DNA from: an uncultured virus (IMG/VR IMGVR_UViG_3300047170_000110)
Taxonomy: Duplodnaviria; Heunggongvirae; Uroviricota; Caudoviricetes
Strand: one strand, 5' to 3'
IMG/VR virus record: IMGVR_UViG_3300047170_000110
DNA length: 64,000 nucleotides
The notes below the pieces were generated by a model. That model searched no databases. It was not told the origin of the DNA and saw only the letters and a program-made list of their open reading frames with translations. The translations under genes were made by a program, and so were the position numbers. Positions 1 through 7,698 of the stretch are shown piece by piece (position 1 is the first letter of the stretch; every line of letters begins with the position of its first letter).

Positions 1-39
1 AACTCAAGGTCGGGTGTTCGATCCACCCCCTTCCCACCA
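1..39 (+). tRNA. tRNA, 3' part only (anticodon outside window)
   Basis: T-arm GGGTG-TTCGATC-CACCC followed by acceptor strand and encoded CCA at 37-39. Confidence 0.8.
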
Positions 40-42
40 AAA

Positions 43-117
43 CCAGCCGTAGCTCAAAGGCGAGAGCGCTTCCTTGTGACGGAAGATATGGGGGTTCGAA
101 TCCCCTCGGCCGGACCA
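43..117 (+). tRNA. tRNA-His(GTG)
   Basis: Anticodon arm CTTCC-TTGTGAC-GGAAG, T-loop TTCGAAT, encoded CCA. Confidence 0.9.
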
Positions 118-121
118 ACTT

Positions 122-193
122 GCTCCTGATCCGGAATGTGGCTCTGGACTACGAATCCGGAAGCCGAAGGTTCAAATCCTTCCGGGAGCACCA
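122..193 (+). tRNA. tRNA-Arg(ACG), short/atypical D-arm
   Basis: Acceptor GCTCCTG/CGGGAGC, anticodon loop CTACGAA, T-loop TTCAAAT, CCA. Confidence 0.8.
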
Positions 194-213
194 AACGCAG
201 AAAGGAACGTCCG

Positions 214-378
214 ATGGACCACGAAAAACAAAAACTAGGGGAATCCCTCCGACGTCTGACTGCGGAGCGGGATCGTCTCATCAAGCAGAAAGCCGCCTCT
301 CCCCTTCAGATCGTCGGGAAGATCGCGAAGCTCAACGAGCAGATCGAGGAGGTCCGGCGCAAGATCTTCCCCAAGTAG
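214..378 (+). CDS. small coiled-coil hypothetical protein between tRNAs
   Basis: AAGGA RBS, 54-aa helical ORF MDHEKQKL... Confidence 0.55.
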   Translation: MDHEKQKLGESLRRLTAERDRLIKQKAASPLQIVGKIAKLNEQIEEVRRKIFPK

Positions 379-387
379 ATTTCCTGT

Positions 388-473
388 GGACGGGTATGCA
401 AGCGGCTAAAGCGGTTTGCCTGTAAAGCAAATGCCTTCGGGCTTCGTGGGTTCGAATCCCTCCCTTTCCACCA
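388..473 (+). tRNA. tRNA-Tyr(GTA)
   Basis: TTTGC-CTGTAAA-GCAAA anticodon arm, long variable arm, CCA. Confidence 0.93.
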
Positions 474-476
474 TTT

Positions 477-553
477 GGACCGGTAGCTCAGCCCGGTAGA
501 GCAGCAGCTTGAAAAGCCGCGTGTCGTTGGTTCAACTCCAACCCGGTCCACCA
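477..553 (+). tRNA. tRNA-Phe(GAA)
   Basis: Acceptor GGACCGG/CCGGTCC, loop TTGAAAA, CCA. Confidence 0.93.
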
Positions 554-655
554 TTTTAATTTGAGGGCGACGAAGACACGTCCTGTGTACAGACCTCGCC
601 CCCGGCCGTGGATCGGTTGGGGGAAGTTTCTCACAGGATTGTCTAGGAGTAAAAA

Positions 656-732
656 TGGAGCGGGACAAGGGACTCGAACCCTTGACCCCAAGCTTGGAAA
701 GCTCGTGCTCTAGCCAACTGAGCTAGTCCCGC
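656..732 (-). tRNA. tRNA-Gly(TCC)
   Basis: Reverse complement GCGGGAC...loop TTTCCAA...GTCCCGC-T-CCA. Confidence 0.95.
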
Positions 733-734
733 CC

Positions 735-810
735 TGGAGCTGCTGTCCGGACTCGAACCGGAGACCCCGTCATTACGAATGACGTGCTCTACCAACTGAG
801 CTACAGCAGC
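735..810 (-). tRNA. tRNA-Thr(CGT)
   Basis: Reverse complement GCTGCTG...CGTCA-TTCGTAA-TGACG...CCA. Confidence 0.95.
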
Positions 811-845
811 GAATCAGTCTAGCGTCTCACGCGACCGCTTCAAGT

Positions 846-1103
846 TCAAGGGGACAACCCTATATCCTCGGGGGTCTTCCGATGGCGCAAATCCGCGATG
901 CACTCTTCTCGCTCGTCTCGGCGGCCAAGCTCGTAGGCGTTTTGGATAGCAGGCTTCACCAGCTCGGCGATCTTCCGCACCACATCCTCTCGCAACCCCG
1001 GGAACCAGTTGGAACTCGATTCCTCCAGGGTCATCACCACATGCTTGGCGACCGCCTTGGATCGCGACTCGGCCTCAGGCATTCTAGGCATCTTATAGAC
1101 CAT
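846..1103 (-). CDS. hypothetical protein
   Basis: ORF overlapping the end of the upstream gene, protein-like composition. Confidence 0.55.
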   Translation of the reverse strand: MVYKMPRMPEAESRSKAVAKHVVMTLEESSSNWFPGLREDVVRKIAELVKPAIQNAYELGRRDEREECIADLRHRKTPEDIGLSP

Positions 1104-1497
1104 CCCCTGGGACTGAATCGGGGCGCCCCATCATCCCGGCCACGTTGGTCAGGATCGTCATGTGCTTGCGGAGCATCTCGACCATCCCCGTGAGATCCCG
1201 GTTGAACCGTTCGGTGAGCCAACGGGCACTCTCCAGGGCATGGACGGTTGCACCCGTAGCGAAGTCCTGCGCTTCCTTCGATTCAAAATCCACCCGCTTG
1301 GAACGGAACCGAAGTTGGCGTTCCGGATCCTGACCCTCCCAGCGACAGACCGACCAGGTTGCGGTCGGCTCAAACAGAAACTCCGAATTGGTCGGGGATG
1401 CGAGTGCAACAAAACCCGTGCAGTCGTACTTCTTCAGCACGGCTTTGATCTCCTCTGACGCCTCGCGAAGTTTCGGATCATACAGTTGCTTAGGCAT
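1093..1497 (-). CDS. hypothetical protein
   Basis: AAGGAG RBS before MPKQLYDPK, just downstream of tRNA-Gln. Confidence 0.7.
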   Translation of the reverse strand: MPKQLYDPKLREASEEIKAVLKKYDCTGFVALASPTNSEFLFEPTATWSVCRWEGQDPERQLRFRSKRVDFESKEAQDFATGATVHALESARWLTERFNRDLTGMVEMLRKHMTILTNVAGMMGRPDSVPGDGL

Positions 1498-1517
1498 GCG
1501 GTACTCCTTCAAAAAAT

Positions 1518-1592
1518 TGGCAGGGGTGGATGGATTCGAACCATCGGTACCGGAATCAAAATCCGGGAGCTTAACCACTTGCCGACACCCCC
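1518..1592 (-). tRNA. tRNA-Gln(TTG)
   Basis: Reverse complement CCGGA-TTTTGAT-TCCGG anticodon arm, T-loop TTCGAAT, CCA. Confidence 0.93.
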
Positions 1593-1647
1593 ACCCTCGC
1601 TTCTATCGGGCTTGCCCGATTTAATCAACCTTGTTAGGAGAACGGAA

Positions 1648-2214
1648 ATGGCATCCCCGTGGGCAGATAGATCGGAGCAGGTTCTTCTCTCCATAGCTGC
1701 TCACGACCGGAGTAAGTGGGAGGAAGCCCGCAAGCGCCTCATCCATCTGGATGCGGTCCGCGAGATCTACCCGAGGGACAGCTGGTTCCGTGAGGTCCTG
1801 GCGACCGTCCAGTACAAGCCCGGCTGGGCGATCTATATCCACGAGGGCCACCGCGAGGACTCGCTAGAACTTCGGATCAACCTGTGTAACCCCAACGCCT
1901 ATCCGGATCGGATTTACACGGAGGATGGAATATTCCGGGGGCTCTCCCGGCACCCTTTCAAGCCCTTGGATTTCAAGACGGCCGAGAGCTTCGTCGATTG
2001 GGTATTCTACCGGTTGCTGGTGATCGAGCTGCACGAGGCTCGCGAATTCTTTCGGTTCCAGGGTCACCCGATCTACGACCCCCACATCGACGGACCCTTC
2101 ATCGAACCCTTGCGCCGGGAAATGGATCACTTCCCCTGGAAGGACAAGCTCCGTACCTATTTGGGAATGGATGAAAAAATGGAGCTGGCGACAGGACTTG
2201 AACCTGCGACCTGA
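1648..2214 (+). CDS. hypothetical phage protein
   Basis: AGGAGA RBS; contains ELHEAREFF...YDPH; 3' end overlaps antisense tRNA-Thr. Confidence 0.75.
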   Translation: MASPWADRSEQVLLSIAAHDRSKWEEARKRLIHLDAVREIYPRDSWFREVLATVQYKPGWAIYIHEGHREDSLELRINLCNPNAYPDRIYTEDGIFRGLSRHPFKPLDFKTAESFVDWVFYRLLVIELHEAREFFRFQGHPIYDPHIDGPFIEPLRREMDHFPWKDKLRTYLGMDEKMELATGLEPAT

Positions 2215-2255
2215 GGTTTACAAAACCACTGCTCTACCCACTGAGCTACACCAGC
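2180..2255 (-). tRNA. tRNA-Thr(TGT)
   Basis: Reverse complement GCTGGTG...loop TTTGTAA...CGCCAGC-T-CCA. Confidence 0.93.
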
Positions 2256-2662
2256 ATACCCCTCAGATTATACAGTCTTGCATCAGGTGACACAAAACTG
2301 TATAAACGGCCCCCGGAATGATTCGGGTTTCCCTTTTATTCAGTCTATTCATCAGCCGCCGACGAAATGTTTAGACTAAACAGAAACCGAGCGTCACTCG
2401 CAATTCCACTGCGTCTGCTTGCCCTGCACGAGCAGGTGGCAAACCTGCTGGTCGCGCTTGCACTCGTAATACCGGACGGGCTTGCCATCCACCTTCATCG
2501 AAATCAACAACACGCATCCCATCAATAATGGCATTTCACTTTTCCTTCCGAGCCGGGATTTCGCGCTCCCAACAAAAAATCAGACAAATGGCCAACATCG
2601 GCCAAGCCAGGGGCTTATAGCGCGAACCCTTGTAGAAATCGCTGCGAATAAAATCCAACGCT

Positions 2663-3082
2663 TTATTTCGCATGAACCGGGCATCCCGGATGGATGTCGA
2701 ACTGCCCGAAGTCCCCGGGGCCCGGAACACGGACGGACATGCAGATGCACTTGGAGGCGGAGGTCTCCGCACCCTGGCGATTCAGGGGTTTGGTGGAGGA
2801 GGTCCCAGCAGAGTTATCTTCGGCCACACGGGAAACTTTGGCGTCTCGATCGGCTACCCCAAAACGAGCGCGGAAGATCTGATGGTAGGACCCAAGCGCG
2901 AGTAGCTCCTGCCCCAGGTCGATCGCCTGCTCCGGGGAGAGGTCAGCGTTAAGCGCATCCCCTAGAGTCAGCTTCACATCGTCCGAATAGGGGGAAGAAA
3001 AGACACCGATAGAGATGGGGGTGTGGGGCTTAGGGCGTTCGCCCGAGAAGTACAAGGCATCAGTATTGATCGTCACACTCAT
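2663..3082 (-). CDS. hypothetical protein with C-terminal Cys/His cluster
   Basis: RBS before MSVTINT; C-terminal CIC...HPGCPVH. Confidence 0.6.
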   Translation of the reverse strand: MSVTINTDALYFSGERPKPHTPISIGVFSSPYSDDVKLTLGDALNADLSPEQAIDLGQELLALGSYHQIFRARFGVADRDAKVSRVAEDNSAGTSSTKPLNRQGAETSASKCICMSVRVPGPGDFGQFDIHPGCPVHAK

Positions 3083-3340
3083 GCCTTGTTGTCCCCCTCG
3101 GTCTGCTTCGCGAGTAGCTCGCAAAATTTATCCGCCAATAGGTCGCCCCAACACCGGGGGTCAGACCCGACCTTCTCGGTCGCCCAGTTGTGGGCCTTGT
3201 AATAGATCTTCTGAAATTGCTCGCGGGTCATTTGGCGGATTCCTCCCGTGAATGTCCTGCACAGGGGACCAAATAGTAAACCCCCTCCCCTTCATCGAAA
3301 TAAACGCATCCACACGGGTGAACCACATCATAAAAGTGCC

Positions 3341-3886
3341 TCATGCCCTGTCGTCCTTCCCAGCCTGCTTTACCCAAGCCTTCCGCGCCGTCTCGTAGGA
3401 AACATGGCGGTCCAGCTGGTACCGGGCAATCCAACCTTCAGGTGGAACCGGAACGCCTGCCCGACGCATGTAGCAAGTCGTGCAGTCCCCTCGTACCCGT
3501 TTACAATCCGCGCAACCATCTCCTGCTTGCGTGACGGATAAATCGATATGCCCAAGACTCAGCTCGCTGGAGTGCGGATCGAACTCGGGCATACAGATCG
3601 GAAAGCAGGTAGCGCTGCGGCCGTAGGGTTTCTGCTCCCACTGGTAAGATTCCGATTCGATCCCACATGCCGCTCGGTGAATGGCCCGAACGAGCTGCTC
3701 TTTATTCGAATGCTGTTCGATCCAGGGCACGGCGATCAGATCTAGGTCTCTCCGGAGAGATCCGTGGACCCCGATCGCGTAACCCTCCGCTCGGGCGGCC
3801 TGAAGGACTTTCGGGAGGATGCTTCGGTAGAAATCCTCCAGCTCATCTTTATTTCGGACCCGGACCCATCTGAAGGTCTCCGTCAT
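3341..3886 (-). CDS. putative nucleotidyltransferase-fold phage protein
   Basis: GYAIGVHGSLRRDLDLIAVPW fits the hG[GS]...DhDh motif; ATGA coupling to the upstream gene. Confidence 0.6.
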   Translation of the reverse strand: MTETFRWVRVRNKDELEDFYRSILPKVLQAARAEGYAIGVHGSLRRDLDLIAVPWIEQHSNKEQLVRAIHRAACGIESESYQWEQKPYGRSATCFPICMPEFDPHSSELSLGHIDLSVTQAGDGCADCKRVRGDCTTCYMRRAGVPVPPEGWIARYQLDRHVSYETARKAWVKQAGKDDRA

Positions 3887-5280
3887 ACCTTACCGTCCTT
3901 GGCGATCTGCTGCTTGTGGCAAGAGCAGGTGCATCGCTCCAGACACATCCGATCCCTCTCGCACATGCAAAGTTCCTTCGTTTGGGAACAATCGGGGGAG
4001 TGAACCTCCATTCCCCCGCAGGTAGTACAGCGATCCTTAGCGGCCCGTGCTTCTCTCAACCCCGTCGGGCAATTCATCCGTTCATGGCGACCGTCTTTGG
4101 TGCCGCAGTCCGGGCACTCCTTCGCGGCCTGTGCCGATCCGATGCCTGAGCCGGTAATCTGTTTTCCATGCACACAGCGTGTCGCCCCGGGCAGCAGAAG
4201 CGGATTGCGACAGTCGCACTCCTTTTCGGCCTGCACTGGCGGATCAATTCGATCAAGAGCGTCAAGCAGGGCCGGAAGATTGTTCATCGCAGCGGCTGCA
4301 AACTTGGCGTCGTCATACAGATCCGCAACGCCTTGGCCTAGTTCGCCGGGCTTGTTTTCACCGCCCTCGACCAAGAGCCAACGTCCAAACGGCCCGCGCA
4401 CCGAAGCCTTGCCGGGGTGATAACCGTCGTATTGCGAGTGAGCGTACCAGCCTTGGACCCTGGTGGATTTCGCGGCCAACTCCCGAAGCATCTTGCGCTC
4501 GTCGCGAGTGATGCCGAGCTTAGGCGTATCGGGACCGGGCCGATGGTTTACAGTTCCACTCAAACCATCAACCGTGGCGAGAGCTTCTTTAGCTATATCC
4601 ATCGTAACCCTATCCAAATCGTCGCGTGAAAAGTCGCGGCGAGTGCAAGGCAGAGCGAGCTTTTCAAGTGCCTCGATAGCAAGTGCCAGCTTGGCACGCA
4701 AATCATCGCGTTCGCCCTGAATCTCGTAATAAGAATCACGATAGGGGGCGAGGAGTTCGCACTCACTCTCGGTTGCGGCCAGCTTGGCCTGCACCTCTTC
4801 GACTTGCGTATGGAGCCGCACGTTCTCATCGTGTTCTGCCAAGAACATGGCTTTATCTCCAGCTCGCCCGCGCTGGGAATCCCAAAGTCTCCGGGCCAGA
4901 TCATGGACCATGTTGGCATCAATCCCGATCGCCCGCTCCTGGTACTTCTTCTCGGGCTGGCCCATCCAGTAGTGCTTCCAGTTTCGGATCGTCGTGAGGA
5001 ACGGCTCTTTGTACTCGTGCTCAACCGGCTCGGCATCCAAGCAATCGCACTTCGCGGCCGTTGGATCCTGAAACTCGTGGACCAATCCCCAAGCCTGCCC
5101 AAGCCCATCGACGTGCGGGCCTGGGCCACACATCCGCCGGTACTTGTCGATGAAAGCACTGAGCATATCCTTTACGTCTTGAAGGACATTGTGTCGCTCT
5201 TGCTTGAGCCTGGCATTCAGGGCGGCCTGGCAATCCGGGTCCTGCGCGATCTTGCCCATGCCGACATCTATCTGCTTCAT
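3883..5280 (-). CDS. mosaic hypothetical protein (coiled coil plus Cys-rich C-terminus)
   Basis: 465-aa ORF, ATGA-coupled on both sides, repeated CxxC units. Confidence 0.75.
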   Translation of the reverse strand: MKQIDVGMGKIAQDPDCQAALNARLKQERHNVLQDVKDMLSAFIDKYRRMCGPGPHVDGLGQAWGLVHEFQDPTAAKCDCLDAEPVEHEYKEPFLTTIRNWKHYWMGQPEKKYQERAIGIDANMVHDLARRLWDSQRGRAGDKAMFLAEHDENVRLHTQVEEVQAKLAATESECELLAPYRDSYYEIQGERDDLRAKLALAIEALEKLALPCTRRDFSRDDLDRVTMDIAKEALATVDGLSGTVNHRPGPDTPKLGITRDERKMLRELAAKSTRVQGWYAHSQYDGYHPGKASVRGPFGRWLLVEGGENKPGELGQGVADLYDDAKFAAAAMNNLPALLDALDRIDPPVQAEKECDCRNPLLLPGATRCVHGKQITGSGIGSAQAAKECPDCGTKDGRHERMNCPTGLREARAAKDRCTTCGGMEVHSPDCSQTKELCMCERDRMCLERCTCSCHKQQIAKDGKV

Positions 5281-6992
5281 AGATCTCTGATCTCTGGGTT
5301 CAGCCCGATCCGGCCGCTCCCGTCCTTCTTTGCCAACCCGAGCGTGTTGAGATGCGAGAGAGAGTTGTTGAACCCTCCGGAGGTCGCGCTATAGTTGGTC
5401 ATCTGCCCCAGCTCGTCTTTCGTATAGGTGTCGCGAGGATTTTTCACCAGCACTTCGTACACGACCCGCTCGCACTTGCCAAGACGGGCCAGCCAGTCTT
5501 CCAATGCCCGGCGGGGATCGATCGGTACGGGTTCGAACCCCTGGCTCTCCCGGATCCCATCGAAGACCTCCCGGTTAAGCTGGATCCGATCCCCCACCCC
5601 TGAGATGAGGGACATCTGCTTGAGCTTGGAGAGGGAATTGTTGAACCCACCGGACGTGTGCGAGTAGCCGGTGATCGCGCCGATCTGGACTTTCGTGAAA
5701 CCCTGCTGGGGCTGGAGCGCCAGGAACGAGAGAACCATCCGCTCGCATTTTCCGATTTTACCCGCCGTATCCGTTTCGGCGGGTACGCGGGTCTTCTCGT
5801 CGTCCGCGCGTGAAGGTACGTATCGAGTGGGTGGGGGGTTAGAAACGAATGCATCCATGGCCCGACTATAAGAAGACTTGGGAACCTCAACCGGCGAAGT
5901 TTTCAGCGCCTTCAGACTCGCCTCAAATCCTTCGAGTGATTCCTGCACTCCCGTCTGGAGATCGGAGACCGCCTGCTTGAGCTGCTGGACGACCTCCGAG
6001 CGGGTCTGAGTGATCGCCTTCTGGATCTCCTTGGCCAACCGGGCTTCGTCCAGGGCGGGAGCGGGCTGCTTCTTCAGCTCCCGTTCCAGCTCCTTCACGC
6101 GCGTTTGCAGCTCGCGGCGATCCCGCAGCTCCTCTTCCGCCTCTTTCGGCAAGTCGGTCAACTGGGTGAGGATCGATTTGACCTTGGCGGTCGGAGTCGG
6201 CACGTGGGTGGCGATCCGCTTCCCGCTTTCCGGGTGATGGGTTTTGACCTTGCCGACTTTGATCTTCGCGATCTCGCGCGTGAGCGCCGGACCGAACGCG
6301 TAGAAGTCGCCCGGGTCCAGATCCCGGAGCGCCCGGATCTCCTCCTTGGACGTGAAACCCAGCTCCTCGCCTGCACGCTTCATGTCGATGTCGAGTCCGG
6401 CAAGTCCGATCAATTTGTTCTGACATTGGGCGGCCACGTTCTTGTTCAAGATCGCAAGTCGCTGGGTGGCGGCGACCAAACAGAAACCACGCTTGCGGCC
6501 CCGGGTGGCCAGATCGATCATCGCGGAACTTGCGCCCGAAGGGGAACCCTCCGGTGCATAAATATGCGCCTCATCCACCACGACCAGCACGGGGTGCCAG
6601 AGGTGTTTGGGGGCGTTGACGAGGGACTCCAAGAAGAGCTGCACGTACCGGGTACGCTCGTGCTGCTTCAGCTCGTATAGATCGACGATCAGCGAGGTCT
6701 TGAGTTCCAGAATCTTTCGGGCCAGGAGATCAGCCGAGAGTGGGCTCGCCGGGATGTCCCCGCCTTTGCCCGCCAGTACGTAGTCGAACTTCTCGCGCAG
6801 AGAAGCGAACTCCCCTTCCGGATCGAGCACGATCTGTTGGCACTTCCCGTGGGTCAATTCCAGAAGCTTGCGGAGCAGGTAGGATTTGCCGCCGCCCGAG
6901 TTGGCTTGGATGAGAAGCCGCGTCTCGATCAACCGATCCAGATCGATGTGGATGTCTTTCCCCGTATTTTTATTCACCCCAAGTGTTAACAT
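5277..6992 (-). CDS. HerA/DUF87-family P-loop ATPase with two tandem C-terminal winged-HTH repeats
   Basis: Walker A ANSGGGKS, Walker B VVVDEAH, RGRKRG, ATQR; duplicated GKCER...TSGGFNNSLS repeats. Confidence 0.85.
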   Translation of the reverse strand: MLTLGVNKNTGKDIHIDLDRLIETRLLIQANSGGGKSYLLRKLLELTHGKCQQIVLDPEGEFASLREKFDYVLAGKGGDIPASPLSADLLARKILELKTSLIVDLYELKQHERTRYVQLFLESLVNAPKHLWHPVLVVVDEAHIYAPEGSPSGASSAMIDLATRGRKRGFCLVAATQRLAILNKNVAAQCQNKLIGLAGLDIDMKRAGEELGFTSKEEIRALRDLDPGDFYAFGPALTREIAKIKVGKVKTHHPESGKRIATHVPTPTAKVKSILTQLTDLPKEAEEELRDRRELQTRVKELERELKKQPAPALDEARLAKEIQKAITQTRSEVVQQLKQAVSDLQTGVQESLEGFEASLKALKTSPVEVPKSSYSRAMDAFVSNPPPTRYVPSRADDEKTRVPAETDTAGKIGKCERMVLSFLALQPQQGFTKVQIGAITGYSHTSGGFNNSLSKLKQMSLISGVGDRIQLNREVFDGIRESQGFEPVPIDPRRALEDWLARLGKCERVVYEVLVKNPRDTYTKDELGQMTNYSATSGGFNNSLSHLNTLGLAKKDGSGRIGLNPEIRDL

Positions 6993-6993
6993 T

Positions 6994-7464
6994 TTACTCC
7001 TCGATTCGTTTGACGACTGCGATGGGTTCATCAGATTCCGAGCGCATGAAGTCGTTGAGATCCACGTTCCATCCGGTATGCCCGGCATTTTCAGCGAGCC
7101 TTTTGCGGATCACCTGATGGAGGTCGTACGCCTTCCGATAAAATGCCGGGATCTCCGGATGTCGGATTTTGTGGTAGGCGTTCGGATGCAGGCCCGTCAT
7201 CCCGACATGAAGCGCGTCCAGTAGAGGCCGCATTTGAATCTCGGGGCCGCCTAAGATCGCAAAGCCGTCTTTGCTGTGGAGGTTCGGCAAAGGGGCCACC
7301 GCATCCTCCTTGCCCTGGTAACCCGGCAGATCGAAGATCTTGTCGAACTGACCCATCCCGAGCCTCGATACCAGATCCAGGCACCGGTTCACGACTTCGA
7401 GCTGCGATTCGCTCAACTTCACTTCGTAGATCAGGGTATTGGTGGTCTTCTGCTTCAGGGTCAT
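6994..7464 (-). CDS. hypothetical protein
   Basis: GGAG RBS, ORF ends next to the ATPase start. Confidence 0.6.
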   Translation of the reverse strand: MTLKQKTTNTLIYEVKLSESQLEVVNRCLDLVSRLGMGQFDKIFDLPGYQGKEDAVAPLPNLHSKDGFAILGGPEIQMRPLLDALHVGMTGLHPNAYHKIRHPEIPAFYRKAYDLHQVIRKRLAENAGHTGWNVDLNDFMRSESDEPIAVVKRIEE

Positions 7465-7698
7465 AGGGGATCTCCGGGAGGCCAAAACAAACTCGGATGA
7501 TATTGATGAACTTATTGATACGGAACTCGTGATCTCGATAGCTGTGAACCATCCCGTAGGGAGACTCTTTCAAAAGGTCTGCCGGAATTCCCAACGCCTT
7601 ATAATGCGCTTCATGAATCCGATCCAGCTCTTCTGCAAACTCCGAAATAATACGTTTGTCCGATTCCGGGAGTTCGATGAACTCGGGTGGGTTGGGCG

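Noticed and set aside
554..655. tRNA-associated HDV-like (theta) ribozyme
   Set aside because: Could not build the P1/P2/P3 nested pseudoknot. The GGGCGA/TCGCCC hairpin is better explained as a terminator between convergent tRNA sets, which already encode CCA.
54..700. ORFs overlapping the tRNA cluster
   Set aside because: Shadow ORFs across tRNA genes; only 214-378 retained.
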